DNA of 64,000 bases from Paragordius varius (GCA_964247055.1 OZ176053.1:13888001-13952000); one strand, 5' to 3'. Positions 27,200 through 41,800 are shown, numbered from the stretch's first letter. Notes: generated by a model not told the origin, from the sequence alone. Program-made: numbers and translations.

Positions 27200-30100
27200 T
27201 TTTAAATATTTAAAAAAATCATAAAAATTACATTTATACTCCGATCCCCAAAATATTTGGGGTGATGATGGAACTACCATAGGTCTACTTAAAAAAAATT
27301 ATGGTGACATCACCTGATCAAATTTGGATTTTAGGTAGCCATTTTTATTTTTAAAATCGTATAAAATAAAAATTTTAAATATTTAAAAAATTCAAAAAAA
27401 TTACATTTATACTCCGATCTCGAAAAAATTTGGGGTGATGATGGAACTACCATAGGGCTACCCAAAAAAAATTATGGTGACATCACCTGATCAAATTTGG
27501 ATTTTAGGTAGCCATTTTTATTTTTAAAATCGTATAAAATAAATTTTTTAAATATTTAAAAAATTCATAAAAATTACATTTATACTCCGATCTCGACAAT
27601 ATTTGGGGTGATGATGGCCCTACCATAGGGCTACCCAAAAAAAATTATGGTGACATCACCTGATCAAATTTGGATTTTAGGTAGCCATTTTTATTTTTAA
27701 AATCGTATAAAATAAATTTTTTAAATATTTAAAAAATTCATAAAAATTACATTTATACTCCGATCTCGACAATATTTGGGGTGATGATGGAACTACCATA
27801 GGGCTACCCAAAAAAAATTATGGTGACATCACCTGATCAAATTTGGATTTTAGGTAGCCATTTTTATTTTTAAAATCGTATAAAATAAATTTTTTAAATA
27901 TTTAAAAAATTCAAAAAAATTACATTTATACTCCGATCTCGACAATATTTGGGGTGATGATGGAACTACCATAGGGCTACCCAAAAAAAATTATGGTGAC
28001 ATCACCTGATCAAATTTGGATTTTAGGTAGCCATTTTTATTTTTAAAATCGTATAAAATAAATTTTTTAAATATTTAAAAAATTCAAAAAAAATACATTT
28101 ATACTCCGATCTCGACAATATTTGGGGTGATGATGGAACTACCATAGGGCTACCCAAAAAAAATTATGGTGACATCACCTGATCAAATTTGGATTTTAGG
28201 TAGCCATTTTTATTTTTAAAATCGTATAAAATAAAATTTTTAAATATTTAAAAAATTCATAAAAATTACATTTATACTCCGATCTAGAATATATTTGGGG
28301 TGATGATGGAACTAGCATAGGGCTACCCAAAAAAATTATGGCGACATCACCTGATCAAATTTGGATTTTAGGTAGCTATTTTTATTTTTAATATCGTATA
28401 AAATAAATTTTTTAAATATTTAAAAAATTCATAAAAATTACATTTATACTCCGATCTCGACAATATTTGGGGTGATGATGGAACTACCATAGGGCTACCC
28501 AAAAAAAATTATGGTGACATCACCTGATCAAATTTGGATTTTAGGTAGCCATTTTTATTTTTAAAATCGTATAAAATAAATTTTTTAAATATTTAAAAAA
28601 TTCAAAAAAATTACATTTATACTCCGATCTCGACAATATTTGGGGTGATGATGGAATTACCATAGGGCTACCCAAAAAAAATTATGGTGACATCACCTGA
28701 TCAAATTTGGATTTTAGGTAGCCATTTTTATTTTTAATATCGTATAAAATAAATTTTTTAAATATTTAAAAAATTCATAAAAATTACATTTATACTCCGA
28801 TCTCGACAATATTTGGGGTGATGATGGAACTACCATAGGGCTACCCAAAAAAATTATGGTGACATCACCTGATCAAATTTGGATTTTAGGTAGGCATTTT
28901 TATTTTTAAAATCGTATAAAATAAATTTTTTAAATATTTAAAAAATTCATAAAAATTACATTTACACTCCGATCTCGAAAATATTTGGGGTAATGATGGA
29001 ACTACCATAGGGCTACCCAAAAAAAATTATGGCGACATCACCTGATCAAATTTGGATTTAAGGTAGCCATTTTTATTTTTAAAATCGTATAAAATAAATT
29101 TTTTAAATATTTAAAAAATTCAAAAATTACATTTATACTCCGATCTCGACAATATTTGGGGTGATGATGGAACTACTATAGGGCTACCCAAAAAAAATTA
29201 TGGTGACATCACCTGATCAAATTTGGATTTTAGGTAGCCATTTTTATTTATAAAATCGTATATTTTTTAAATATTTAAAAAATTCATAAATATTACATTT
29301 ATACTCCGATCTCGAAAATATTTGGGGTGATGATGGAACTACCATAGGGCTACCCAAAAAAAATTATGGTGACATCACCTGATTAAATTTGGATTTTAGG
29401 TAGCCATTTTTATTTATAAAATCGTATATTTTTTAAATATTTAAAAAATTCATAAAAATTACATTTATAGTCCGATCCCCAAAATATTTGGGGTGATGAT
29501 GGAACTACCATAGGGCTACCCAAAAAAAATTATGGTGACATCACCTGATCAAATTTGGATTTTAGGTAGCCATTTTTATTTTTAAAATCGTATAAAATAA
29601 ATTTTTTAAATATTTAAAAAATTCATAAAAATTACATTTATACTCCGATCTCGACAATATTTGGGGTGATGATGGAACTACCATAGGGCTACCCAAAAAA
29701 AATTATGGTGACATCACCTGATCAAATTTGGATTTTAGGTAGCCATTTTTATTTTTAAAATCGTATAAAATAAATTTTTTAAATATTTAAAAAATTCAAA
29801 AAAATTACATTTATACTCCGATCTCGACAATATTTGGGGTGATGATGGAACTACCATAGGGCTACCCAAAAAAAATTATGGTGACATCACCTGATCAAAT
29901 TTGGATTTTAGGTAGCCATTTTTATTTTTAAAATCGTATAAAATAAATTTTTTAAATATTTAAAAAATTCAAAAAAAATACATTTATACTCCGATCTCGA
30001 CAATATTTGGGGTGATGATGGAACTACCATAGGGCTACCCAAAAAAAATTATGGTGACATCACCTGATCAAATTTGGATTTTAGGTAGCCATTTTTATTT

Positions 30101-33100
30101 TTAAAATCGTATAAAATAAAATTTTTAAATATTTAAAAAATTCATAAAAATTACATTTATACTCCGATCTAGAATATATTTGGGGTGATGATGGAACTAG
30201 CATAGGGCTACCCAAAAAAATTATGGCGACATCACCTGATCAAATTTGGATTTTAGGTAGCTATTTTTATTTTTAATATCGTATAAAATAAATTTTTTAA
30301 ATATTTAAAAAATTCATAAAAATTACATTTATACTCCGATCTCGACAATATTTGGGGTGATGATGGAACTACCATAGGGCTACCCAAAAAAAATTATGGT
30401 GACATCACCTGATCAAATTTGGATTTTAGGTAGCCATTTTTATTTTTAAAATCGTATAAAATAAATTTTTTAAATATTTAAAAAATTCAAAAAAATTACA
30501 TTTATACTCCGATCTCGACAATATTTGGGGTGATGATGGAATTACCATAGGGCTACCCAAAAAAAATTATGGTGACATCACCTGATCAAATTTGGATTTT
30601 AGGTAGCCATTTTTATTTTTAATATCGTATAAAATAAATTTTTTAAATATTTAAAAAATTCATAAAAATTACATTTATACTCCGATCTCGACAATATTTG
30701 GGGTGATGATGGAACTACCATAGGGCTACCCAAAAAAATTATGGTGACATCACCTGATCAAATTTGGATTTTAGGTAGGCATTTTTATTTTTAAAATCGT
30801 ATAAAATAAATTTTTTAAATATTTAAAAAATTCATAAAAATTACATTTATAATCCGATCCCCAAAATATTTGGGGTGATGATGGAACTACCATAGGGCTA
30901 CCCAAAAAAAATTATGGTGACATCACCTGATCAAATTTGGATTTTAGGTAGCCATTTTTATTTTTAAAATCGTATAAAATAAAATTTTTAAATATTTAAA
31001 AAATTCATAAAAATTACATTTATACTCCGATCTAGAATATATTTGGGGTGATGATGGAACTAGCATAGGGCTACCCAAAAAAATTATGGTGACATCACCT
31101 GATCAAATTTGGATTTTAGGTAGCCATTTTTATTTTTAATATCGTATAAAATAAATTTTTTAAATATTTAAAAAATTCATAAAAATTACATTTATACTCC
31201 GATCTCGACAATATTTGGGGTGATGATGGAACTACTATAGGGCTACCCAAAAAAAATTATGGTGACATCACCTGATCAAATTTGGATTTTAGGTAGCCAT
31301 TTTTATTTATAAAATCGTATATTTTTTAAATATTTAAAAAATTCATAAATATTACATTTATACTCCGATCTCGAAAATATTTGGGGTGATGATGGAACTA
31401 CCATAGGGCTACCCAAAAAAAATTATGGTGACATCACCTGATTAAATTTGGATTTTAGGTAGCCATTTTTATTTATAAAATCGTATATTTTTTAAATATT
31501 TAAAAAATTCATAAAAATTACATTTATAGTCCGATCCCCAAAATATTTGGGGTGATGATGGAACTACCATAGGGCTACCCAAAAAAAATTATGGCGACAT
31601 CACCTGATCAAATTTGGATTTTAGGTAGCCATTTTTATTTTTAAAATCGTATAAAATAAATTTTTTAAATATTTAAAAAATTCAAAAATTACATTTATAC
31701 TCCGATCTCGACAATATTTGGGGTGATGATGGAACTACCATAGAGCTACCCAAAAAAAATTATGGTGACATCACCTGATCAAATTTGGATTTTAGGTAGC
31801 CATTTTTATTTTTAAAATCGTATAAAATAAATTTTTTAAATATTTAAAAAATTCATAAAAATTACATTTATACTCCGATCTCGAAAATATTTGGGGTGAT
31901 GATGGAACTACCATAGGGCTACCCAAAAAAATTATGGTGACATCACCTGATCAAATTTGGATTTTAGGTAGCCATTTTTATTTTTAAAATCGTATAAAAT
32001 AAATTTTTTAAATATTTAAAAAATTCATAAAAATTACATTTATACTCCGATCTAGAATATATTTGGGGTGATGATGGAACTAGCATAGGGCTACCCAAAA
32101 AAATTATGGCGACATCACCTGATCAAATTTGGATTTTAGGTAGCTATTTTTATTTTTAATATCGTATAAAATAAATTTTTTAAATATTTAAAAAATTCAT
32201 AAAAATTACATTTATACTCCGATCTCGACAATATTTGGGGTGATGATGGAACTACCATAGGGCTACCCAAAATAAATTATGGTGACATCACCTGATCAAA
32301 TTTGGATTTTAGGTAGCCATTTTTATTTTTAAAATCGTATAAAATAAATTTTTTAAATATTTAAAAAATTCAAAAAAATTACATTTATACTCCGATCTCG
32401 ACAATATTTGGGGTGATGATGGAATTACCATAGGGCTACCCAAAAAAAATTATGGTGACATCACCTGATCAAATTTGGATTTTAGGTAGCCATTTTTATT
32501 TTTAATATCGTATAAAATAAATTTTTTAAATATTTAAAAAATTCATAAAAATTACATTTATACTCCGATCTCGACAATATTTGGGGTGATGATGGAACTA
32601 CCATAGGGCTACCCAAAAAAATTATGGTGACATCACCTGATCAAATTTGGATTTTAGGTAGGCATTTTTATTTTTAAAATCGTATAAAATAAATTTTTTA
32701 AATATTTAAAAAATTCATAAAAATTACATTTATACTCCGATCTCGAAAATATTTGGGGTAATGATGGAACTACCATAGGGCTACCCAAAAAAAATTATGG
32801 CGACATCACCTGATCAAATTTGGATTTAAGGTAGCCATTTTTATTTTTAAAATCGTATAAAATAAATTTTTTAAATATTTAAAAAATTCAAAAATTACAT
32901 TTATACTCCGATCTCGACAATATTTGGGGTGATGATGGAACTACTATAGGGCTACCCAAAAAAAATTATGGTGACATCACCTGATCAAATTTGGATTTTA
33001 GGTAGCCATTTTTATTTATAAAATCGTATATTTTTTAAATATTTAAAAAATTCATAAATATTACATTTATACTCCGATCTCGAAAATATTTGGGGTGATG

Positions 33101-35888
33101 ATGGAACTACCATAGGGCTACCCAAAAAAATTATGGTGACATCACCTGATTAAATTTGGATTTTAGGTAGCCATTTTTATTTATAAAATCGTATATTTTT
33201 TAAATATTTAAAAAATTCATAAAAATTACATTTATAGTCCGATCCCCAAAATATTTGGGGTGATGATGGAACTACCATAGGGCTACCCAAAAAAAATTAT
33301 GGTGACATCACCTGATCAAATTTGGATTTTAGGTAGCCATTTTTATTTTTAAAATCGTATAAAATAAATTTTTTAAATATTTAAAAAATTCATAAAAATT
33401 ACATTTATACTCCGATCTCGACAATATTTGGGGTGATGATGGAACTACCATAGGGCTACCCAAAAAAAATTATGGTGACATCACCTGATCAAATTTGGAT
33501 TTTAGGTAGCCATTTTTATTTTTAAAATCGTATAAAATAAATTTCTTAAATATTTAAAAAATTCAAAAATTACATTTATACTCCGATCTCGACAATATTT
33601 GGGGTGATGATGGAACTACCATAGGGCTACCCAAAAAAAATTATGGCGACATCACCTGATCAAATTTGGATTTTAGGTAGCCATTTTTATATTTAAAATC
33701 GAATAAAATAAATTTTTTAAATATTTAAAAAATTCATAAAAATTACATTTATACTCCGATCTCGACAATATTTGGGGTGATGATGGAACTACCATAGGGC
33801 TACCCAAAAAAAATTATGGCAACATCACCTGATCAAATTTGGCTTTTTAATTAGCCATTTTTATTTTTAAAATCGTATAAAATAAATTTTTTAAATATTT
33901 AAAAAATTCATAAAAATTACATTTATACTCCAATCTCAAAAATATTTGGGGTGATGATGGAACTACTATAGGGCTACCCAAAAAAAATTATGGCGACATC
34001 ACCTGATCAAATTTGGATTTTAGGTAGCCATTTTTATTTTTAAAATCGTATAAAATAAATTTTTTAAATATTTAAAAAATTCATAAAAATTACATTTATA
34101 GTCCGATCCCCAAAATATTTGGGGTGATGATGGAACTACCATAGGGCTACTTAAAAAAAATTATGGCGACATCACCTGATCAAATTTGGATTTTAGGTAG
34201 CCATTTTTATTTTTAAAATCGTATAAAATAAATTTTTTAAATATTCAAAAAATTCATAAAAATTACATTTATACTCCGATCTAGAATATATTTGGGGTGA
34301 TGATGGAACTACCATAGGGCTACCCAAAAAAAATTATGGTGACATCACCTGATTAAATTTGGATTTTAGGTAGCCATTTTTATTTATAAAATCGTATATT
34401 TTTTAAATATTTAAAAAATTCATAAAAATTACATTTATAGTCCGATCCCCAAAATATTTGGGGTGATGATGGAACTACCATAGGGCTACCCAAAAAAAAT
34501 TATGGTGACATCACCTGATCAAATTTGGATTTTAGGTAGCCATTTTTATTTTTAAAATCGTATAAAATAAATTTTTTAAATATTTAAAAAATTCATAAAA
34601 ATTACATTTATACTCCGATCTCGACAATATTTGGGGTGATGATGGAACTACCATAGGGCTACCCAAAAAAAATTATGGTGACATCACCTGATCAAATTTG
34701 GATTTTAGGTAGCCATTTTTATTTTTAAAATCGTATAAAATAAATTTCTTAAATATTTAAAAAATTCAAAAATTACATTTATACTCCGATCTCGACAATA
34801 TTTGGGGTGATGATGGAACTACCATAGGGCTACCCAAAAAAAATTATGGCGACATCACCTGATCAAATTTGGATTTTAGGTAGCCATTTTTATTTTTAAA
34901 ATCGAATAAAATAAATTTTTTAAATATTTAAAAAATTCATAAAAATTACATTTATACTCCGATCTCGACAATATTTGGGGTGATGATGGAACTACCATAG
35001 GGCTACCCAAAAAAAATTATGGCAACATCACCTGATCAAATTTGGCTTTTTAATTAGCCATTTTTATTTTTAAAATCGTATAAAATAAATTTTTTAAATA
35101 TTTAAAAAATTCATAAAAATTACATTTATACTCCAATCTCAAAAATATTTGGGGTGATGATGGAACTACTATAGGGCTACCCAAAAAAAATTATGGCGAC
35201 ATCACCTGATCAAATTCGGATTTTAGGTAGCCATTTTTATTTTTAAAATCGTATAAAATAAATTTTTTAAATATTTAAAAAATTCATAAAAATTACATTT
35301 ATAGTCCGATCCCCAAAATATTTGGGGTGATGATGGAACTACCATAGGGCTACTTAAAAAAAATTATGGCGACATCACCTGATCAAATTTGGATTTTAGG
35401 TAGCCATTTTTATTTTTAAAATCGTATAAAATAAATTTTTTAAATATTCAAAAAATTCATAAAAATTACATTTATACTCCGATCTAGAATATATTTGGGG
35501 TGATGATGGAACTACCATAGGGCTACCCAAAAAAAATTATGGCGACATCACCTGATCAAATTTGGATTTTAGGTAGCTATTTTTATTTTTAAAATCGTAT
35601 AAAAAAATTTTTTAAATATTTAAAAAATTCATAAAAATTACATTTATACTCCGATCTCGACAATATTTGGGGTGATGATGGAACTACCATAGGGCTACCC
35701 AAAAAAAATTATGGTGACATCACCTGATCAAATTTGGATTTTAGGTAGCCATTTTTATTTTTAAAATCGTGTAAAATAAATTTCTTAAATATTTAAAAAA
35801 TTCAAAAATTACATTTATACTCCGATCTCGACAATATTTGGGGTGATGATGGAACTACCATAGGGCTACCCAAAAAAAATTATGGCGA
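27200..35888 (+). repeat. Satellite domain B: CTCCGATCTCG-type monomers predominate (CTCGAC and CTAGA variants, 166-bp deletion monomers), with 11-mer and 7-mer higher-order repeats
   Basis: CTAGA at 28284, 30169, 31032 and 32052 (offsets 1885 and 3768 from the first). TTTAAGG at 29060 and 32828 (offset 3768). GGCTTTTTAATTAGCC at 33841 and 35044 (offset 1203). Confidence 0.85.
29207..29538 (+). repeat. Dimer of 166-bp monomers carrying a 7-bp deletion (first occurrence)
   Basis: Monomer starts at 29207, 29373 and 29539. TCGTATATTTTTT replaces TCGTATAAAATAAATTTTTT. The first monomer is tagged AAATATTAC and the second GATTAAA. Confidence 0.9.
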
Positions 35889-38800
35889 CATCACCTGATC
35901 AAATTTGGATTTTAGGTAGCCATTTTTATTTTTAAAATCGAATAAAATAAATTTTTTAAATATTAAAAAATTCATAAAAATTACATTTATACTCCGATCT
36001 CGACAATATTTGGGGTGATGATGGAACTACCATAGGGCTACCCAAAAAAAATTATGGCAACATCACCTGATCAAATTTGGATTTTAGGTAGCCATTTTTA
36101 TTTATAAAATCGTATATTTTTTAAATATTTAAAAAATTCATAAATATTACATTTATACTCCGATCTCGAAAATATTTGGGGTGATGATGGAACTACCATA
36201 GGGCTACCCAAAAAAAATTATGGTGACATCACCTGATTAAATTTGGATTTTAGGTAGCCATTTTTATTTATAAAATCGTATATTTTTTAAATATTTAAAA
36301 AATTCATAAAAATTACATTTATAGTCCGATCCCCAAAATATTTGGGGTGATGATGGAACTACCATAGGGCTACCGAAAAAAAATTATGGTGACATCACCT
36401 GATCAAATTTGGATTTTAGGTAGCCATTTTTATTTTTAAAATCGTATAAAATAAATTTTTTAAATATTTAAAAAATTCACAAAAATTACATTTATACTCC
36501 GATCTCGACAATATTTGGGGTGATGATGGAACTACCATAGGGCTACCCAAAAAAAATTATGGTGACATCACCTGATCAAATTTGGATTTTAGGTAGCCAT
36601 TTTTATTTTTAAAATCGTATAAAATAAATTTCTTAAATATTTAAAAAATTCAAAAATTACATTTATACTCCGATCTCGACAATATTTGGGGTGATGATGG
36701 AACTACCATAGGGCTACCCAAAAAAAATTATGGCGACATCACCTGATCAAATTTGGATTTTAGGTAGCCATTTTTATTTTTAAAATCGAATAAAATAAAT
36801 TTTTTAAATATTTAAAAAATTCATAAAAATTACATTTAAACTCCGATCTCGACAATATTTGGGGTGATGATGGAACTACCATAGGGCTACCCAAAAAAAA
36901 TTATGGCAACATCACCTGATCAAATTTGGATTTTAGGTAGCCATTTTTATTTTTAAAATCGTATAAAATAAATTTTTTAAATATTTTAAAAATTCATAAA
37001 AATTACATTTATACTCCAATCTCAAAAATATTTGGGGTGATGATGGAACTACTATAGGGCTACCCAAAAAAAATTATGGCGACATCACCTGATCAAATTT
37101 GGATTTTAGGTAGCCATTTTTATTTTTAAAGCGTATAAAATAAATTTTTTAAATATTTAAAAAATTCATAAAAATTACATTTATAGTCCGATCCCCAAAA
37201 TATTTGGGGTGATGATGGAACTACCATAGGGCTACTTAAAAAAAATTATGGCGACATCACCTGATCAAATTTGGATTTTAGGTAGCCATTTTTATTTTTA
37301 AAATCGTATAAAATAAATTTTTTAAATATTCAAAAAATTCATAAAAATTACATTTATACTCCGATCTAGAATATATTTGGGGTGATGATGGAACTACCAT
37401 AGGGCTACCCAAAAAAAATTATGGCGACATCACCTGATCAAATTTGGATTTTAGGTAGCTATTTTTATTTTTAAAATCGTATAAAAAAAATTTTTAAATA
37501 TTTAAAAAATTCATAAAAATTACATTTATACTCCGATCTCGACAATATTTGGGGTGATGATGGAACTACCATAGGGCTACCCAAAAAAAATTATGGTGAC
37601 ATCACCTGATCAAATTTGGATTTTAGGTAGCCATTTTTATTTTTAAAGCGTATAAAATAAATTTTTTAAATATTTAAAAAATTCATAAAAATTACATTTA
37701 TAGTCCGATCCCCAAAATATTTGGGGTGATGATGGAACTACCATAGGGCTACTTAAAAAAAATTATGGCGACATCACCTGATCAAATTTGGATTTTAGGT
37801 AGCCATTTTTATTTTTAAAATCGTATAAAATAAATTTTTTAAATATTCAAAAAATTCATAAAAATTACATTTATACTCCGATCTCGACAATATTTGGGGT
37901 GATGATGGAACTACCATAGGGCTACCCAAAAAAAATTATGGTGACATCACCTGATCAAATTTGGATTTTAGGTAGCCATTTTTATTTTTAAAGCGTATAA
38001 AATAAATTTTTTAAATATTTAAAAAATTCATAAAAATTACATTTATAGTCCGATCCCCAAAATATTTGGGGTGATGATGGAACTACCATAGGGCTACTTA
38101 AAAAAAATTATGGCGACATCACCTGATCAAATTTGGATTTTAAGTAGCCATTTTTATTTTTAAAATCGTATAAAATAAATTTTTTAAATATTCAAAAAAT
38201 TCATAAAAATTACATTTATACTCCGATCTAGAATATATTTGGGGTGATGATGGAACTACCATAGGGCTACCCAAAAAAAATTATGGCGACATCACCTGAT
38301 CAAATTTGGATTTTAGGTAGCTATTTTTATTTTTAAAATCGTATAAAAAAAATTTTTAAATATTTAAAAAATTCATAAAAATTACATTTATACTCCGATC
38401 TCGAAAATATTTGGGGTGATGATGGAACTACCATAGGGCTACCCAAAAAATATTATGGTGACATCACCTGATCAAATTTGGATTTTAGGTAGCCATTTTT
38501 ATTTTTAAAATCGTATAAAATAAATTTTTTAAATATTAAAAAAATTCATAAAAATTACATTTATACTCCAATCTCAAAAATATTTGAGGTGATGATGGAA
38601 CTACTATAGGGCTACCCAAAATTATGGCGACATCACCTGATCAAATTTGGATTTTAGTAAGCCATTTTTATTTTTAAAATCGTATAAAATAAATTTTTTA
38701 AATATTTAAAAAATTCATAAAAATTACATTTATACTCCGATCTCGAAAATATTTGGGGTGATGATGGAATTACCATAGGGCTACCCAAAAAAAATTATGG

Positions 38801-41800
38801 TGACATCACCTGATCAAATTTGGATTTTAGGTAGCCATTTTTATTTTTAAAATCGTATAAAATAAATTTTTTAAATATTTAAAAAATTCATAAAAATTAC
38901 ATTTATACTCCGATCTCGAAAATATTTGGGGTGATGATGGAACTACCATAGGGCTACCCAAAAAAATTATGGTGACATCACCTGATCAAATTTGGATTTT
39001 AGGTAGCCATTTTTATTTTTAAAATTGTATAAAATAAATTTTTTAAATATTTAAAAAATTCATAAAAATTACATTTATACTCTGATCTTGAAAATATTTG
39101 GGGTGATGATGGAACTACCATAGGGCTACCCAAAAAAAATCATAGTGACATCACCTGATCAAATTTGGATTTTAGGTAGCCATTTTTATTTTTAAAATCG
39201 TATAAAATAAATTTTTTAAATATTTAAAAAATTCATAAAAATTATATTTATACTCCGATCTCGAAAATATTTGGGGTGATGATGGAACTACCATAGGGCT
39301 ACCCAAAAAAAATTATGGTGACATCACCTGATCAAATTTGGATTTTAGGTAGCCATTTTTATTTTTAAAATCGTATAAAATAAATTTTTTAAATATTTAA
39401 AAACTTCATAAAAATTACATTTATAGTCCGATCCCAAAATATTTGGGGTGATGATGGAACTACCATAGGGCTACCCAAAAAAAATTATGGCGACATCACC
39501 TGATGAAATTTGGATTTTAGGTAGGCATTTTTATTTTTAAAATCGTATAAAATAAATTTTTTAAATATTTAAAAAATTCATAAAAATTACATTTATAGTC
39601 CGATCCCCAAAATATTTGGGGTGATGATGAAACTACCATAGGGCTTCCCAAAAAAATTATAGTGACATCACCTGATCAAATTTGGATTTTAGGTAGCCAT
39701 TTTTATTTATAAAATCGTATATTTTTTAAATATTTAAAAAATTCATAAATATTACATTTATACTCCGATCTCGAAAATATTTGGGGTGATGATGGAACTA
39801 CCATAGGGCTACCCAAAAAAAATTATGGTGACATCACCTGATTAAATTTGGATTTTAGGTAGCCATTTTTATTTATAAAATCGTATATTTTTTAAATATT
39901 TAAAAAATTCATAAAAATTACATTTATAGTCCAATCCCCAAAATATTTGGGGTGATGATGGAACTACCATAGGGCTACCCAAAAAAAATTATGGTGACAT
40001 CACCTGATCAAATTTGGATTTTAGGTAGCCATTTTTATTTTTAAAATCGTATAAAATAAATTTTTTAAATATTTAAAAAATTCATAAAAATTACATTTAT
40101 ACTCCGATCTCGAAAATATTTGGGATGATGATGGAATTACCATAGGGCTACCCAAAAAAAATTATGGCGACATCACCTGATCAAATTTGGATTTTAGGTA
40201 GCCATTTTTATTTTTAAAATCGTATAAAATATATTTTTTAAATATTTAAAAAATTCATAAAAATTACATTTATAGTCCGATCCCCAAAATATTTAGGGTG
40301 ATGATGGAACTACCATGGGGCTACCCAAAAAAAATTATGGCGACATCACCTGATCAAATTTGGATTTTAGGTAGCCATTTTTATTTTTAAAATCGTATAA
40401 AATAAATTTTTTAAATATTTAAAAAATTCATAAAAATTACATTTATACTCCGATCTCGAAAATATTTGGGGTGATGATGGAATTATCATAGGGCTACCCA
40501 AAAAAAATTATGGTGACATCACCTGATCAAATTTGGATTTTAGGTAGCCATTTTTATTTTTAAAATCGTATAAAATAAATTTTTTAAATATTTAAAAAAT
40601 TCATAAAAATTACATTTATACTCCGATCTCGAAAATATTTGGGGTGATGATGGAACTACCATAGGGCTACCCAAAAAAATTATGGCAACATCACCTGATC
40701 AAATTTGGATTTTAGGTAGCCATTTTTATTTTTAAAATCGAATAAAATAAATTTTTTAAATATTAAAAAATTCATAAAAATTACATTTATACTCCGATCT
40801 CGACAATATTTGGGGTGATGATGGAACTACCATAGGGCTACCCAAAAAAAATTATGGCAACATCACCTGATCAAATTTGGATTTTAGGTAGCCATTTTTA
40901 TTTATAAAATCGTATATTTTTTAAATATTTAAAAAATTCATAAATATTACATTTATACTCCGATCTCGAAAATATTTGGGGTGATGATGGAACTACCATA
41001 GGGCTACCCAAAAAAAATTATGGTGACATCACCTGATTAAATTTGGATTTTAGGTAGCCATTTTTATTTATAAAATCGTATATTTTTTAAATATTTAAAA
41101 AATTCATAAAAATTACATTTATAGTCCGATCCCCAAAATATTTGGGGTGATGATGGAACTACCATAGGGCTACCCAAAAAAATTATGGTGACATCACCTG
41201 ATCAAATTTGGATTTTAGGTAGCCATTTTTATTTTTAAAATCGTATAAAATAAATTTTTTAAATATTTAAAAAATTCATAAAAATTACATTTATACTCCG
41301 ATCTCGACAATATTTGGGGTGATGATGGAACTACCATAGGGCTACCCAAAAAAAATTATGGTGACATCACCTGATCAAATTTGGATTTTAGGTAGCCATT
41401 TTTATTTTTAAAATCGTATAAAATAAATTTCTTAAATATTTAAAAAATTCAAAAATTACATTTATACTCCGATCTCGACAATATTTGGGGTGATGATGGA
41501 ACTACCATAGGGCTACCCAAAAAAAATTATGGCGACATCACCTGATCAAATTTGGATTTTAGGTAGCCATTTTTATTTTTAAAATCGAATAAAATAAATT
41601 TTTTAAATATTTAAAAAATTCATAAAAATTACATTTAAACTCCGATCTCGACAATATTTGGGGTGATGATGGAACTACCATAGGGCTACCCAAAAAAAAT
41701 TATGGCAACATCACCTGATCAAATTTGGATTTTAGGTAGCCATTTTTATTTTTAAAGCGTATAAAATAAATTTTTTAAATATTTAAAAAATTCATAAAAA

